This document shows positions 63,929 to 64,000 of a DNA stretch of 64,000 nucleotides, one piece after another. This stretch comes from Acidimicrobiia bacterium. GTDB taxonomy: Bacteria > Actinomycetota > Acidimicrobiia > Spongiisociales > ZC4RG35. The notes beneath the pieces were generated by a model that saw only the letters and a list, made by a program, of their open reading frames with translations, did no database searches and had not been told where the DNA came from. Both the position numbers and the translations under genes were made by a program. The stretch's first letter is position 1. Each line of letters begins with the position of its first letter. The stretch spans positions 1,216,001 through 1,280,000 of the forward strand of contig OZ244034.1 in NCBI GenBank assembly GCA_965215185.1, written 5' to 3'.

Positions 63929-64000
63929 ACGGAATATGAGGGATATCAGTGCCGATCTTGCGCAATTGGGGATACAGAATCCAACGCCGGTGCCCTACTT

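Overview
High-GC actinobacterial DNA. The 16S sequence, WhiB and DUF3107 point to Acidimicrobiia; the SLH/PD40/RCC1 surface proteins suggest a host-associated lineage such as a sponge symbiont, but that is inference. Positions 1-37.9 kb are core genome: a minus-strand 16S-23S rRNA operon, tyrS, an acyl-CoA ligase/fabI/hydrolase/murF-like/ddl-like operon, amtB, argF-pheTS-rplT-rpmI-infC, a ribH with an N-terminal membrane extension, glnA, whiB, prs-glmU-ispE-rsmA-tatD-rsmI, and four tRNAs. From tRNA-Ser(TGA) at 37.9 kb to the end the DNA is accessory. It holds remnants of a DDE IS with repeated ends, an MNT-HEPN-like fusion, large modular repeat surface proteins, an IS110 whose bridge-RNA guides can be read directly from the sequence, and about 10 kb of short fragments of unrelated genes (defence, integrase, metabolic). 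Best candidates for a second look: the membrane-anchored lumazine synthase, the hydrolase-MurF-Ddl cassette coupled to fatty-acid genes, the poly-C-targeting IS110 bridge RNA, and the fragment patchwork. All family assignments come from motifs recognised by eye; no database searches were run.
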